A DNA stretch of 64,000 bases from an uncultured delta proteobacterium (GTDB lineage Bacteria > Myxococcota_A > Polyangia > Polyangiales > Polyangiaceae), in the NCBI GenBank assembly GCA_963841435.1, contig CAWJCS010000002.1, forward strand, positions 32,001 through 96,000, read 5' to 3'. The notes beneath the pieces were generated by a model. The model had not been told where the DNA came from, made no database searches, and was given only the letters and a program-made list of their open reading frames with translations. The translations under genes were made by a program, and so were the position numbers. Every line of letters starts with the position of its first letter. Position 1 is the first letter of the stretch. Below, piece by piece: positions 1 through 9,076 of the stretch.

Positions 1-630
1 TTCCACCCACCTCCCCATGAAAAGGTCGGAATCGCCGGGAGCGATGGGGCGAGCGAGCGGGCTCGATTGCGCCAGCGTCCCATCCACGTAGAAGGACAGG
101 ACGTTCAGCGGTGCGTCGACGACGACGGCTGCGTGTGACCAACGGCCGAGCTCGAAGCATTCGCACTCGTAGTGCGCGTAGGCGAAGTCCGGTCCGATCC
201 AATACGCAAAGGTCCAGTAGATCCCCGATGATCTGCTCCGGGTTTGCCATTGCCAACCGCCCTCCCGTGTGGCCGCCTCGGTGCCGATCACGGAGCCGAA
301 ATCGTCGTTGGCGACGTCCTCTTCCGCGATGCGGATCCAGCCAGAGAACGTCCAGCTCGAGGTGGCATAGGGAAAGCTCGCCACGGTCACGCTGTCACCG
401 GGGAGGAAATGCAGCGCCCCCCCGAAGCGGCCGTCGCTCGTGAAGGTCGCCCCCGAAACGACGCCGTCGCGTCGATTCCCCGAGTCGTCCAGAAGAACGG
501 TGCCGCCCATCTCGTCGAAGGGCCAGTGGGCGACTAGCCCGCTGCCGAGAGTCGTCGGGGCGAGACCGGTCGCGTCGATGTAGGTGGGGCCGCAGCCGAC
601 CAGCAAGGCGACGAGCGGCAGAGTTTTCAC
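1..630 (-). CDS. LamG/concanavalin-A-like domain lipoprotein (runs off the window edge)
   Basis: Not in the ORF track. Manual translation from GTG 630 gives MKTLPLVALLVGC (lipobox)...GLVAHWPFDEMGG...GRFGGALHF...WTFSGWI...GRWSHAAVVVD...LSFYVDG. The start overlaps the stop of the upstream ORF (GTGA). Confidence 0.75.
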   Translation of the reverse strand, partial: MKTLPLVALLVGCGPTYIDATGLAPTTLGSGLVAHWPFDEMGGTVLLDDSGNRRDGVVSGATFTSDGRFGGALHFLPGDSVTVASFPYATSSWTFSGWIRIAEEDVANDDFGSVIGTEAATREGGWQWQTRSRSSGIYWTFAYWIGPDFAYAHYECECFELGRWSHAAVVVDAPLNVLSFYVDGTLAQSSPLARPIAPGDSDLFMGRWVE

Positions 631-1073
631 AGCTCCACCCGGAGCGTCAACGCAGCCGACATCAGTGGATTGCTGATCCGAGCGGTCTCCACGCCCAGGA
701 ATCGGATGACCGGATATGGAGCGATGAGGACGCCGTGCCCCTCGAGCGCGAGCGCGATGGACGAGGTGACCGAAAGCGCCGCTCCCACCCCGGTGTCGGC
801 CGCAAACACGAGGCGATCGCCGCGGAGCCCCGCGTAAGGAGAGCGAGCCGTGCCGGTGACGCCCACGTGGTACGCACCTGCGCCGAGCGACAGATGCAGG
901 CTCAACCAGGCGCCGGGCAGGAGCTCGCCGACCAGCTCGAGCAAGCCGAGCTCCTGGCTCACCGTGGCGCTGCCCGACGCCGCATCGACTCGAGGACGCG
1001 TTCCGAAACCGGCGAGCGACAGCCGCCCCACGAGTCGCCGGGCGAGCGTGATGCGCAGGCGGCCGACGGGCAT
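627..1073 (-). pseudogene. C-terminal part of a beta-strand-rich hypothetical protein, 5' end missing
   Basis: Coding-like C-terminus (PYPVIRFLGVETARISNPLMSAALTLRVEL) coupled to the LamG gene; no credible N-terminus. Confidence 0.45.
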
Positions 1074-1104
1074 CAGGGCACTCGCGACGCCGCCGAAACC
1101 CCCG

Positions 1105-1299
1105 ACGGACGTCTACGTCGGCGGCCACGACACGATCGACTGGAACTCCGGCGCCCTCTACCGCATCCCTCGCAACGGCGGACCGCTGGACACCGTCAAC
1201 CAGGGTCACTCCGTGTTCGGCATCGCCGTGGACGTGGCCCGCGTGTACTGGACACGCGGCGGGGCGGGGGAGGTGTGGATGCGCTGCAAGGGGGAGTGA
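1105..1299 (+). pseudogene. C-terminal fragment of a beta-propeller repeat protein
   Basis: GALYRIPRNGG...FGIAVDVARVYWT propeller-blade motifs typical of myxobacterial lipoproteins; no start. Confidence 0.45.
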
Positions 1300-1527
1300 T
1301 GGCTACGCGGTCAGCGATGCGCGACCCGCTCATGGTCCCCTGGCGGCGGTCGAACGCCTGAGCCCCCGTCGAGCAACCACCCATCCAACGCCACCAAGCA
1401 CGATCGTGGTCCCCGCGCCGCAGAAGAAAAGCCGCAGTGCAACGGGTTAGGGCTCATATGCCCGAGATGTCTAGCTTGGGCGCGGACCCGGGCGACGGCG
1501 TCACGGCGCCGAGCGTTGGGGTCCGTT

Positions 1528-1552
1528 GGGTGGAGGCGCCGGGAATTGCACC
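1528..1552 (-). other. tmRNA/tRNA 3'-end-like fragment (possible att-site remnant)
   Basis: Minus strand reads GGTGCAATTCCCGGCGCCTCCACCC, resembling the T-arm/acceptor 3' end of ssrA; no 5' half is present. Confidence 0.45.
1537..1552. repeat. 16-bp direct repeat, copy 1 (CGCCGGGAATTGCACC)
   Basis: Identical to 2649-2664. Confidence 0.85.
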
Positions 1553-1835
1553 GTCGCGTATGTCGGCGAATTGCGCCGCGCGGTCCGGAATGGACAGCGG
1601 ACGGAGTGGAGGCGAGGCGCTGGGATGTGGTGGTGTGGATCGCGGCTGAGCTCGAAGCGAGGCGAGTCGGCAAGCCGCGCAAGCAGAGCCTGGCGAGGGA
1701 GTCGAGGTAGCCCTGGCCGAGGAGCGCGGCGGCCTTCGACGCGAACTGGCCTTCGTGAAGCCGCCCAATTTCGGGCGAGCGCCATTGGTCCACCGCAGCT
1801 GACGTGTGATAGAAAGAGCGCTATCCTTGGGGCGG

Positions 1836-2027
1836 ATGCACGCCCTGACCGCCGATGATCTCGAGACGAGCAGGCGAACGCCGCCCGAAGAGAAGCTGGC
1901 GCAGGTGTTCGACATGGCGGATGCGGGGATTCGGCTCAAGCGCGCTGCGCTGCGTCACGCCTCACCCAACTCGACCGAACAGGAGGTCGATGCAGCGCTG
2001 GAGCGGTGGCTGATGGCTGAGGGCTGA
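1836..2027 (+). CDS. MenA1 (Rv0078B)-like antitoxin
   Basis: 63 aa; EEKLAQVFDMADAGIRLKRAALRHASPNSTEQEVDAALERW follows the MenA1 helical pattern; TGATG-coupled to the toxin; TATCCT 8 nt upstream of the ATG. Confidence 0.7.
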   Translation: MHALTADDLETSRRTPPEEKLAQVFDMADAGIRLKRAALRHASPNSTEQEVDAALERWLMAEG

Positions 2028-2617
2028 TGGCTGATGGCACAAAGCTCGAGCGGGCGCTCGCAGCTGCAGCCGATGATATTGCGGCGGAGGGGAAGCGATT
2101 TGCGCTGGTTGGAGGATTGGCCGTCTCGGTCCGAGCAGAGGTGCGTTTCACGCGCGACGTCGACTTAGCCGTGGCGGTCGACAACGACGCGGAGGCAGAA
2201 TCGCTCGTGTACGCGTTGAAATCGCGCGGCTACACCACCGTTGCGAGCGTGGAGCACGAGGCTCAATCACGTCTGGCCACCATCCGATTGCGGTCTCCCC
2301 AGGGCGTGAAGGTCGACCTGCTGTTCGCTAGCAGCGGCATCGAGGCAGAAACGATCGCTCGGGCGACTGTCGTTCCTCTTCCCTCCGTTGGCGCCGTTCC
2401 GATTGCGCGCGCAGAAGAGCTTCTTTCGCTCAAGGTGCTCTCGATGACCGACGAGCGTCTTCAAGACCGAATCGATGCGCGCAGCTTGCTCCGGGTCAAT
2501 GTTGATCTCGACCTGGATTGCGTGCGGGCCAATCTCCGGCTCATCGCGGAGCGGGGCTATGCGCGCAAGCAGGATCTCGCTGCCAAACTGACGACACTGC
2601 TCGAGACCTCGCATTGA
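2027..2617 (+). CDS. MenT1 (Rv0078A)-like nucleotidyltransferase toxin (AbiEii/DUF1814 clan)
   Basis: Motifs ALVGGLAV, RFTRDVD, VDLLFASSGIE, LSLK, QDRID. Confidence 0.85.
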   Translation: MADGTKLERALAAAADDIAAEGKRFALVGGLAVSVRAEVRFTRDVDLAVAVDNDAEAESLVYALKSRGYTTVASVEHEAQSRLATIRLRSPQGVKVDLLFASSGIEAETIARATVVPLPSVGAVPIARAEELLSLKVLSMTDERLQDRIDARSLLRVNVDLDLDCVRANLRLIAERGYARKQDLAAKLTTLLETSH

Positions 2618-2648
2618 CTGCTGGCGCGCCCCAATCCCCGCAAAGCCC

Positions 2649-2664
2649 CGCCGGGAATTGCACC
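2649..2664. repeat. 16-bp direct repeat, copy 2
   Basis: Identical to 1537-1552. Confidence 0.85.
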
Positions 2665-2785
2665 CTCCACGCCGTGCTCGCTCAGGTCGAGCCCGTCGAG
2701 CTCGTCCTCGCGACCGACGCGCAGCCCGACCGTGGCCTTGAGCAGCGTGAACAACAGGTACACCGCTGCGAACGACCAGAGGAAC
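2665..2785 (-). pseudogene. amt: Ammonium transporter (Amt) C-terminal fragment
   Basis: LLKATVGLRVGREDELDGLDLSEHG is the conserved Amt C-terminal tail; only about 40 codons remain. Confidence 0.75.
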
Positions 2786-2823
2786 AAAGGCCGCCCTGCC
2801 AGATTGCAAACGACGCGACCCTC

Positions 2824-3081
2824 GCCGACGTGCCGTTCCTGCACTTCAATGTCTGCTTCTACAAGGGCATCGAAGAAGCGATCGCCCGCGGGCTCGGCGG
2901 CTTCGAGCCCGGGGCCGGCGGGGAGCACAAGGTGGCGCGCGGCTTCGAGCCGACCGTCACGCACAGCGTGCACTACCTCGGCGACCGCCGCCTCGCGCGC
3001 GCCGTCGCCGAGCACCTCGTCGGCGAGCGCAGCGCCGTGGACGAGCACGTGTCCGAGGCCGAGCCGGTGCTCAAGCGCTGA
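2824..3081 (+). pseudogene. GNAT/FemAB-like (DUF482) C-terminal fragment
   Basis: FLHFNVCFYKGIE...FEPGAGGEHKVARGFEP motif; N-terminal portion absent. Confidence 0.75.
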
Positions 3082-3493
3082 CAGCGCGCCGGTCCCGGCC
3101 GAAAGGGTCGCCCTGGATCGCCTCGGCGTGCGACGCGCACAGCCAGCGCCCGTTGCGCTTGATCCACGTCGACGAGTCGGCGGCCTCGAGCGTGAGCTTC
3201 TCGCCGTCGACGGTCAGATCCTCGGTGACCTTGTAGGCGACGACCGCGACGTCGTCGGTGAGGAGGCGGACCTCCGCGGCCGGGTCGAGCTCGACGCGGC
3301 GAATGCGGTACTTGGCGCCTTGCATCATGTGCTCGAACGCCGCGCGCTCCACGCGCCGGATACCGCTCGACCCGGCGATGATGCATGGAAACTCGGTGAA
3401 CTTCAGCGCGGCCTCCAGGTCGCGATCTTGCATGGCCTGCCAATACTGACGTTCGAGCTCCAAGATTTCCTTCTCGACACTGACGGGATTCAT
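3071..3493 (-). CDS. NTF2-like/DUF4440 protein
   Basis: ILELERQYWQAM...DVAVVAY...SSTWIKRNGRWLC..H; SD AAGGAGG before ATG 3493. Confidence 0.85.
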   Translation of the reverse strand: MNPVSVEKEILELERQYWQAMQDRDLEAALKFTEFPCIIAGSSGIRRVERAAFEHMMQGAKYRIRRVELDPAAEVRLLTDDVAVVAYKVTEDLTVDGEKLTLEAADSSTWIKRNGRWLCASHAEAIQGDPFGRDRRAVSA

Positions 3494-3504
3494 GGGGACC
3501 TCCT

Positions 3505-5130
3505 TCATTGGTATGGGTTGTCATCGCCGTGGTCAACTTCGTCGATGCGCTTGAGCCCTTGTTCGGCGAGCCAGCGCTGGTAGCGCTCCTTGCGCGCGCG
3601 AATTTCGTCGGGGGAAAGGGGCGGTTCGTAGACGCCTTCGTGCGAGTGCGCGCGTGCCGGAGCCGTCCGACTCGGTGCCGCCCCCGCGCTGCTCGGCGGC
3701 GCGCTGCTCGGCGTCGACGCGGCGCTCGTCACGCCCGGCGCCGCGCGCGAAGCCTCGCTCGCGTCCGACGCCGCGTTCGGAGCTGCCGGCGCCTCGCTCG
3801 CGGCAGGTGCCGGAGTGGTCGCGGAGGGCGATGGATCGGCCGCTGCAGGTGAGCTAGCCGTGGACGCTGGGGGCGTCGCCGTGGCGGTCGGTGGAGTGGC
3901 CGAAGGCGGTGCCGGCGCGAGGCTCGTTGGCGTGATCACGACCGGTGCCGCCGGTGCACGCGTGGTTTCGGGCGGGCCTATTCGGGCCACGGCGTCCTGC
4001 GCGGCGCGCAGCGCGGGGCGTCCGAACGCGAGAACGGTAAGCACGACCGTTGCGCTCATGCCGAGCCCGGCGAGCACGTGCGCGGCCCGGCGGCGCCGGC
4101 GCGCGGACGGCGGCGCGAACAGCGCGACGGGGGCGATCGAGCCTTCGGCCGAGTTGCGCTCGAAAAAAGCCGTGGGCTCGACGCTGGTGTCCGCCACGTC
4201 CGAAGCCTGCAGGAGGGCGAAACGTTGCAACGCCGCGCCCAGTGCCGCAACGTCCGGGAAGCGGTCGTCGATATTCTTCTCCAAACAGCGTTCGACGATG
4301 CCTTCGAGCTCGGCGGGCAGCTCGGGCCTCAAGCTCTGCAGCGAGGGCGCGGGCGACGTGAGGACTTTGGCGCACACCTCGGCGACGTTCGCGCCGTCGA
4401 ACGGGTGCCGCCCCGTGATGAGCTCGAAGAGCACCACCCCGACGGACCAAATGTCGCTGCGGCCATCGACGGCCGATGCATCGAGCATCTGCTCGGGCGA
4501 CATGTACCAAGGCGACCCGAGGCTCTGGTGACTGTCCGTGAGCGTGTTCGGTGCGTCGGAGACCTGTTTCGAAATGCCGAAATCCAAAATCTTGACCGCG
4601 AAGCGGCCGTCGGCTCGCCGCACCAGAAAGGTATTCGCCGGCTTGATGTCGCGATGCACGATCCCGTTCGCGTGCGCCTCCGCGAGGCCCTCGCAGATCT
4701 GCAACGCAATGTTGACTGCGTCGTCGATGGGCAGCGGTCCGCGCTCCTTCAAGTACGCGCCGAGCTCGACCCCCTCGAGCAGCTCCATCACGAGGAAGGG
4801 CGTGCCCGAGTCGAGCTGTCCCACGTCGTGGACGCGTGCGATGCGTTCGCTTCGGAGCACGGCCGCGCGCCGCGCCTCGTTCAAGAACCGCCGCACGAAC
4901 TCCGCGTCGGCGCTCAGATCGGGGCGGATGAGCTTGATGGCGACGGAGGTGCCGAGCCCGAGGTGCGTGGCGCGACACACGACGCCCATGCCGCCCGAGC
5001 CGAGCGGGGCATCGATGCGGTAGCGTTCACCGATGACCTGCCCGGGCGGAACTGCAACGATGAGGTCTGGGCTCAGCGGTTTCCCACCCGCCGGAGTTCC
5101 GTCGAAACGTTGCGAATCGTCTGGAGCCAT
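3505..5130 (-). CDS. Membrane-anchored Hanks-type Ser/Thr protein kinase
   Basis: GSGGMG, VAIK, HRDIKPAN, DFG, YMSPEQ; TM helix; Pro/Ala-rich tail. Confidence 0.93.
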   Translation of the reverse strand: MAPDDSQRFDGTPAGGKPLSPDLIVAVPPGQVIGERYRIDAPLGSGGMGVVCRATHLGLGTSVAIKLIRPDLSADAEFVRRFLNEARRAAVLRSERIARVHDVGQLDSGTPFLVMELLEGVELGAYLKERGPLPIDDAVNIALQICEGLAEAHANGIVHRDIKPANTFLVRRADGRFAVKILDFGISKQVSDAPNTLTDSHQSLGSPWYMSPEQMLDASAVDGRSDIWSVGVVLFELITGRHPFDGANVAEVCAKVLTSPAPSLQSLRPELPAELEGIVERCLEKNIDDRFPDVAALGAALQRFALLQASDVADTSVEPTAFFERNSAEGSIAPVALFAPPSARRRRRAAHVLAGLGMSATVVLTVLAFGRPALRAAQDAVARIGPPETTRAPAAPVVITPTSLAPAPPSATPPTATATPPASTASSPAAADPSPSATTPAPAASEAPAAPNAASDASEASRAAPGVTSAASTPSSAPPSSAGAAPSRTAPARAHSHEGVYEPPLSPDEIRARKERYQRWLAEQGLKRIDEVDHGDDNPYQ

Positions 5131-5478
5131 GGTCGCGGCAGCTTGTAAAGCACCGGATGTGCCAAGTGTCGTCGCGCCCACGAATCGACGAGCTCGACCC
5201 CGCGCGACCGTGACGCGATCGCCCCAAGTGCGGCAGAGTGCCTCACGCGCGCAAGGGCCGTCTGCGCTGCGCGACGTGGCGTCAGTTGCCCGCGACGATC
5301 GGAGTGAGCGCGGTGCCACGAGAACACCAGCATGCCCGACGCCTCACCGCGCTCGGGGCCCGGCAAAGGCGACGCCTGCGCGAAACTCGAGCCACGGGCC
5401 TTGGGCGGTGGCTGCGAACGGAACGCCGGCGCCGAGCGAAAGCTCGAAGGACGAACGGCTCGCGAAGCCGCGGCCCGA

Positions 5479-5568
5479 AGGAGGGGGAGCGGAAGAGGGC
5501 CGGCTTTTCGGGTCTTGGGGCGGCAAGCGCACGCACGCTCGGCCAAGGCGAAGCCGGATTGGGCCGGC
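5479..5568. repeat. Dispersed ~85-bp imperfect-hairpin repeat, copy 1
   Basis: Matches 7447-7527 except for a 9-nt insertion. Confidence 0.85.
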
Positions 5569-5759
5569 ACTCGTCGGCCTCCCGCAGGTCTCGAGGGTCC
5601 TCACGAGTCTGTTGGCACCGACCGAATCGCCGGGCGCGGGGTAGCGAGCCGTCAGCGGAGTGCGCACCGGCCGGAGCCGTGCGCTCGGAGCCTCGGCAAA
5701 CGTGTAGCGACGAGAGGCTGCGCGCATCGTTCGGCTCGTTGCGTGGTAGCGTTCGATTC

Positions 5760-6817
5760 GTGCGGGCGCGCGCGTACCTCGTGGCTGCGGCGGTGGCGTG
5801 GCCAGTGAGCGTGGCGTCGGCCGAGACGCCGGGAGCGAGCGAGGGGACGCCGCCCGAGTGCTCGGAGGCCGCGCAGGCGCTCAAAACCTACGTGCTCAGG
5901 CGCGAAACCGAGGCGCGGACGTGGCCGGGGCGTGATCCGGCGCATCTGCTCCGCGCGATCTCACCAGCTTGCCGGCGGGCCGTGACGGAGGGTCAGTGGC
6001 CCGAGCTTGCCAGCACGCTGCTGCCGCTGGCGGAGACGGACGACGCGCTCAAGGGCGCGACGTGCGAGCTTTCCCCCCGGAAGCCTTCGACCGCATCACC
6101 GAGTGGGTCCAGGTGCCGACCGACCACGAGAGCTACGTCTACGACGCGGTCTGTGCGGAGGCGCTGTTTCGTCACCGCCGCAGCGATTTCGATCGCATCG
6201 TGGCCCCCTCACTTTCGGCTACGCAAGGGCCATTCGTGCCGGGCGTGGTGCAGCGCTTGGCAGAGCGATTGCGTCCCGAGGAGCGCGGCGTGCTGCTCCC
6301 CGCTCTGGAGGCTGCGACCCAAGCGAGAGCGGGCGGCCGAGACGACCTCTTCCGGGTGGTTTGTAGCGCCGAGGCGGTTCGTGTCGCCCCACCCTGCCGC
6401 GCTCCCGCTCACCTCAAGGACGAGTGGGTGGACGCCGACCGCGTCCGACAGGTCGCTCCCGCGTTCGCCGTTCACGTCGGCGGCGCGCTCCTCTACGCCG
6501 CCGCGTGCTTTCTCCTCGCGCGCCGGTCACCCACCAGCTGGCCCGCGCTCGGCATGGGCATGGTCGGCGCGATCGGCCTTGCGATCGCGCTGGTCTGGAT
6601 GATCCTGGCCGACCCACTGGACGGGCCCGGAGAGACGAGTGGGATCGGTGTCCTCCAGGCCATCTTGGCGACCCCGGTCGCGGCAGTGGTCGGAGCCGTC
6701 AGTGCGTGGTTGGTCATTGCCCGGGCGAAGGCGCCCGCGCTGCCTCTATGCCTCGGGCTGGCGGCGCTCTACGCGTTCGTCGCAGGAACGTACGCGTGCC
6801 ACTCCTCCGGCTACTGA
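5760..6817 (+). CDS. Exported membrane protein with C-terminal TM helices (frameshift at C-run ~6073-6078)
   Basis: Signal peptide VRARAYLVAAAVAWPVSVASA in one frame joins the frame with 4 hydrophobic helices. Confidence 0.6.
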
Positions 6818-6899
6818 TGGGCGGATGCTGCGGGACCACGGGGACCTGGTTCGGTCGCTTCTGCAAGGTGGCATCCGCGGCGTGCTCGTGCGCTTCGCT

Positions 6900-7350
6900 C
6901 GAGAGGTAAGTGGACGACGCCGGAGCGCCGCAAGCCCCAGCATGAGCCACAGCGACGCGCCCGATCTCGGCGCGTGCCCTGGCCGCACGCTGCAGCCAAT
7001 CGTGCCCTCCACGTTCGACGTGGCCGTGTCACTCTCGGGCTCGTTGCCCGGGGTCGCGACGCCCGCGGTTCCCGCCGGCGAGGAGGGCTCACTTGCGCCT
7101 GCACCGCCGGTCTCGCTCACGCTCGCGCCGCCATTGCCCGCGCCGGCTCCCGCATCGCCCGCCGCTGCGCCGCCGCTCCCCGAGGCTCCGATCCCGGCAC
7201 CCCCGCTCGAGGAGCCGCCGGCAGCCGGAGCGCCACCGACACCTGAAGCGCCGGCCGACATGTCGACGGCGCCTCCGGCTCCAGCGCCGAGGCCACCCGC
7301 GGATCCGCCACTGGCCAGGCCGCCCGCGCCGGCGCCAAGGGCATTCGAAC
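6900..7350 (-). pseudogene. C-terminal fragment: Gly-rich linker plus MYXO-CTERM sorting signal
   Basis: GCSVRPGHAPRSGASLWLMLGLAALRRR. Confidence 0.65.
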
Positions 7351-7446
7351 TGGGAAAACGAGGGTGAGGGGCGGGCGGAGGCTTTGGTGGGTGACGCCTG
7401 ACCCCGCCGCGGTGGGGAGGCGAGAGGGGCGAGAAGGCAAAAGAGC

Positions 7447-7527
7447 AGGAGGGGGAGCGGAAGAGGGCCGGCTTTTCGGGTCTTGGGGCGGCCACGCTCG
7501 GCCAAGGCGAAGCCGGATTGGGCCGGC
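7447..7527. repeat. Dispersed hairpin repeat, copy 2
   Basis: Matches 5479-5568. Confidence 0.85.
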
Positions 7528-7669
7528 TCACCGCGGGAACGGCAGCGCGAGCTGCCCGAGCGGCGGTGGGTTGGGTGCCGGCGGCGGACGCGGACCGAGC
7601 CCAAGGCGCGCGAGCAGCTTGCGAGCCGCCTCGGCGGTGGCCGCTGCCTCCATCCAACGCATCGGCCCC

Positions 7670-8095
7670 GAACACCGGTATCGCGCTTGGTGTGCGAGGC
7701 GCGGCGTCCGGCCGCGCTTTGGCAAAATCGCCGAACACGGAAGCATCGCGATCATAGAGCGATTCTTCCGCTCGATGAAGCAGGAATGCTTCCGCCGGAT
7801 GAGCGTGCCGCTCAATGCCGGTGCCTTCGAGCAGGAGCTCGCTGCCTACGCGAGCGGGTAAAACCGTTTCCGACCTCACGCGGCGCTGGGTGGGAGGACT
7901 CCCGGTGACGCGCATGATGACATTTCGCCGGCCACGGAGCGGCCGGCGCTCGAGCCGCGTCCTCGCTTTCCGCTCCTGCCGAGAGCTGGGCCCGGAAGAC
8001 TCCGGCGCCGCTTGCGCGGGCGGCTCGAGCTTCGTCTGACTTGCTTCAAAGGGCGCGCGCACTTGCCCATCGTCGAGCTCCGGCGCGCGGCATGA
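7670..8095 (+). mobile_element. Degenerate DDE/rve (IS481/IS3-like) transposase remnant
   Basis: IERFFRSMKQE, then an in-frame stop, NRFRPHAALGGRTP, a frameshift, and the end HLPIVELRRAA. Confidence 0.75.
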
Positions 8096-8218
8096 GCGCG
8101 TGCGCTTCGGGCGCGCCGTGGTCAACGCGCAGGGCGAAGGTGCGTCCAGCAGGCGGATCGGCGCCGTCGATCCGCTCGTGACCGAGCGATCAGCGGGCTG
8201 GACGATGCGAAACGGGGT

Positions 8219-8312
8219 CATGGATCGGGCGGATTTCTCGATGAAAAGGACGCTGGACACCTACACATGGATCGGGCGGATTTCTCGATGAAAAGGACGC
8301 TGGACACCTACA
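8219..8312. repeat. Perfect 47-bp tandem duplication ending in ...GGACACCTACA (probable IS right end)
   Basis: Units 8219-8265 and 8266-8312 are identical; the ACA terminus fits TGT...ACA IS481-type ends. Confidence 0.8.
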
Positions 8313-8379
8313 CGGGGGCACTGCTCGCGCGGCGATAGACCCGAGCTCCCATACTGTACGGCCGGCGCAAGATGCAGCA

Positions 8380-9054
8380 TCAGTGCGGTTGCCATCGGTG
8401 CTGAAACATCCGCCGCAACTGTCCCGCAAAATCTCGGATCCACGCCACTTCCGACTCTTCGAGTGCCGCAACCGCTCTTTCGTTTTGTTCACTCGCAATG
8501 GTCGCGACGACGAGTCCCACGAAAACGCGACTCTGATCCGGTTCCGCGACAAGCGCTTTGATCGTCGTTTCCGCATCGCGCGAGCCGCTCAGCAGTTCAT
8601 CCATCAAGAGTGCAGCCCACTGCCAGTCGCCGCTTTGGAAGACCTCCCGTGCGCGCAGAAGGCCTTGCGATGCCAGGACGACGGCCGCGTGTTCAGCGAC
8701 AGGAATCGGAGCCGCCTGCAAACTGTGCAGAGCAGCTTTGAGATGGGCGTCGTCATTGGCGGCGCGAAGCAGAACCTCAATGGCGTACGCTGAGGTACCT
8801 CGATCGGGGTCGGCGATGTGGCGCACTGCCTCACCAACGTAAGGGTGAAGGTCGTCGAGCTCACACACAGTCCAGAGAATGTCGCCAGTATACGTCCCAC
8901 CCTCCGCGAGCAGCTCTTTCACTGCAACAGGGGAGCAGCCACCGTCGAGCAACCTGAGGAGTCGCTCATATCCGCCAGTCCTCTGGAACCTCCGCGAATC
9001 GGATTTCAGCTCTTCCAAGAGGTTGCGCACAGGGTCTTCTTGCCAAGTGTTCAT
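8380..9054 (-). CDS. Putative immunity protein of the Rhs toxin
   Basis: 224-aa helical ORF about 22 nt downstream of the corrected Rhs stop; visibly lower GC. Confidence 0.65.
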   Translation of the reverse strand: MNTWQEDPVRNLLEELKSDSRRFQRTGGYERLLRLLDGGCSPVAVKELLAEGGTYTGDILWTVCELDDLHPYVGEAVRHIADPDRGTSAYAIEVLLRAANDDAHLKAALHSLQAAPIPVAEHAAVVLASQGLLRAREVFQSGDWQWAALLMDELLSGSRDAETTIKALVAEPDQSRVFVGLVVATIASEQNERAVAALEESEVAWIRDFAGQLRRMFQHRWQPH

Positions 9055-9076
9055 CTACGCTCCGCCAAGTCAACCG

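Noticed and set aside
1528-1552. Intact tRNA or tmRNA gene
   Set aside because: Only a 3'-end-like stretch; no matching 5' acceptor strand or cloverleaf.
5479-7527. Integron attC sites
   Set aside because: No RYYYAAC...GTTRRRY cores and no integron integrase in the window.
8219-8312. CRISPR array
   Set aside because: Two adjacent units with no spacer, and no cas genes recognised in the window.
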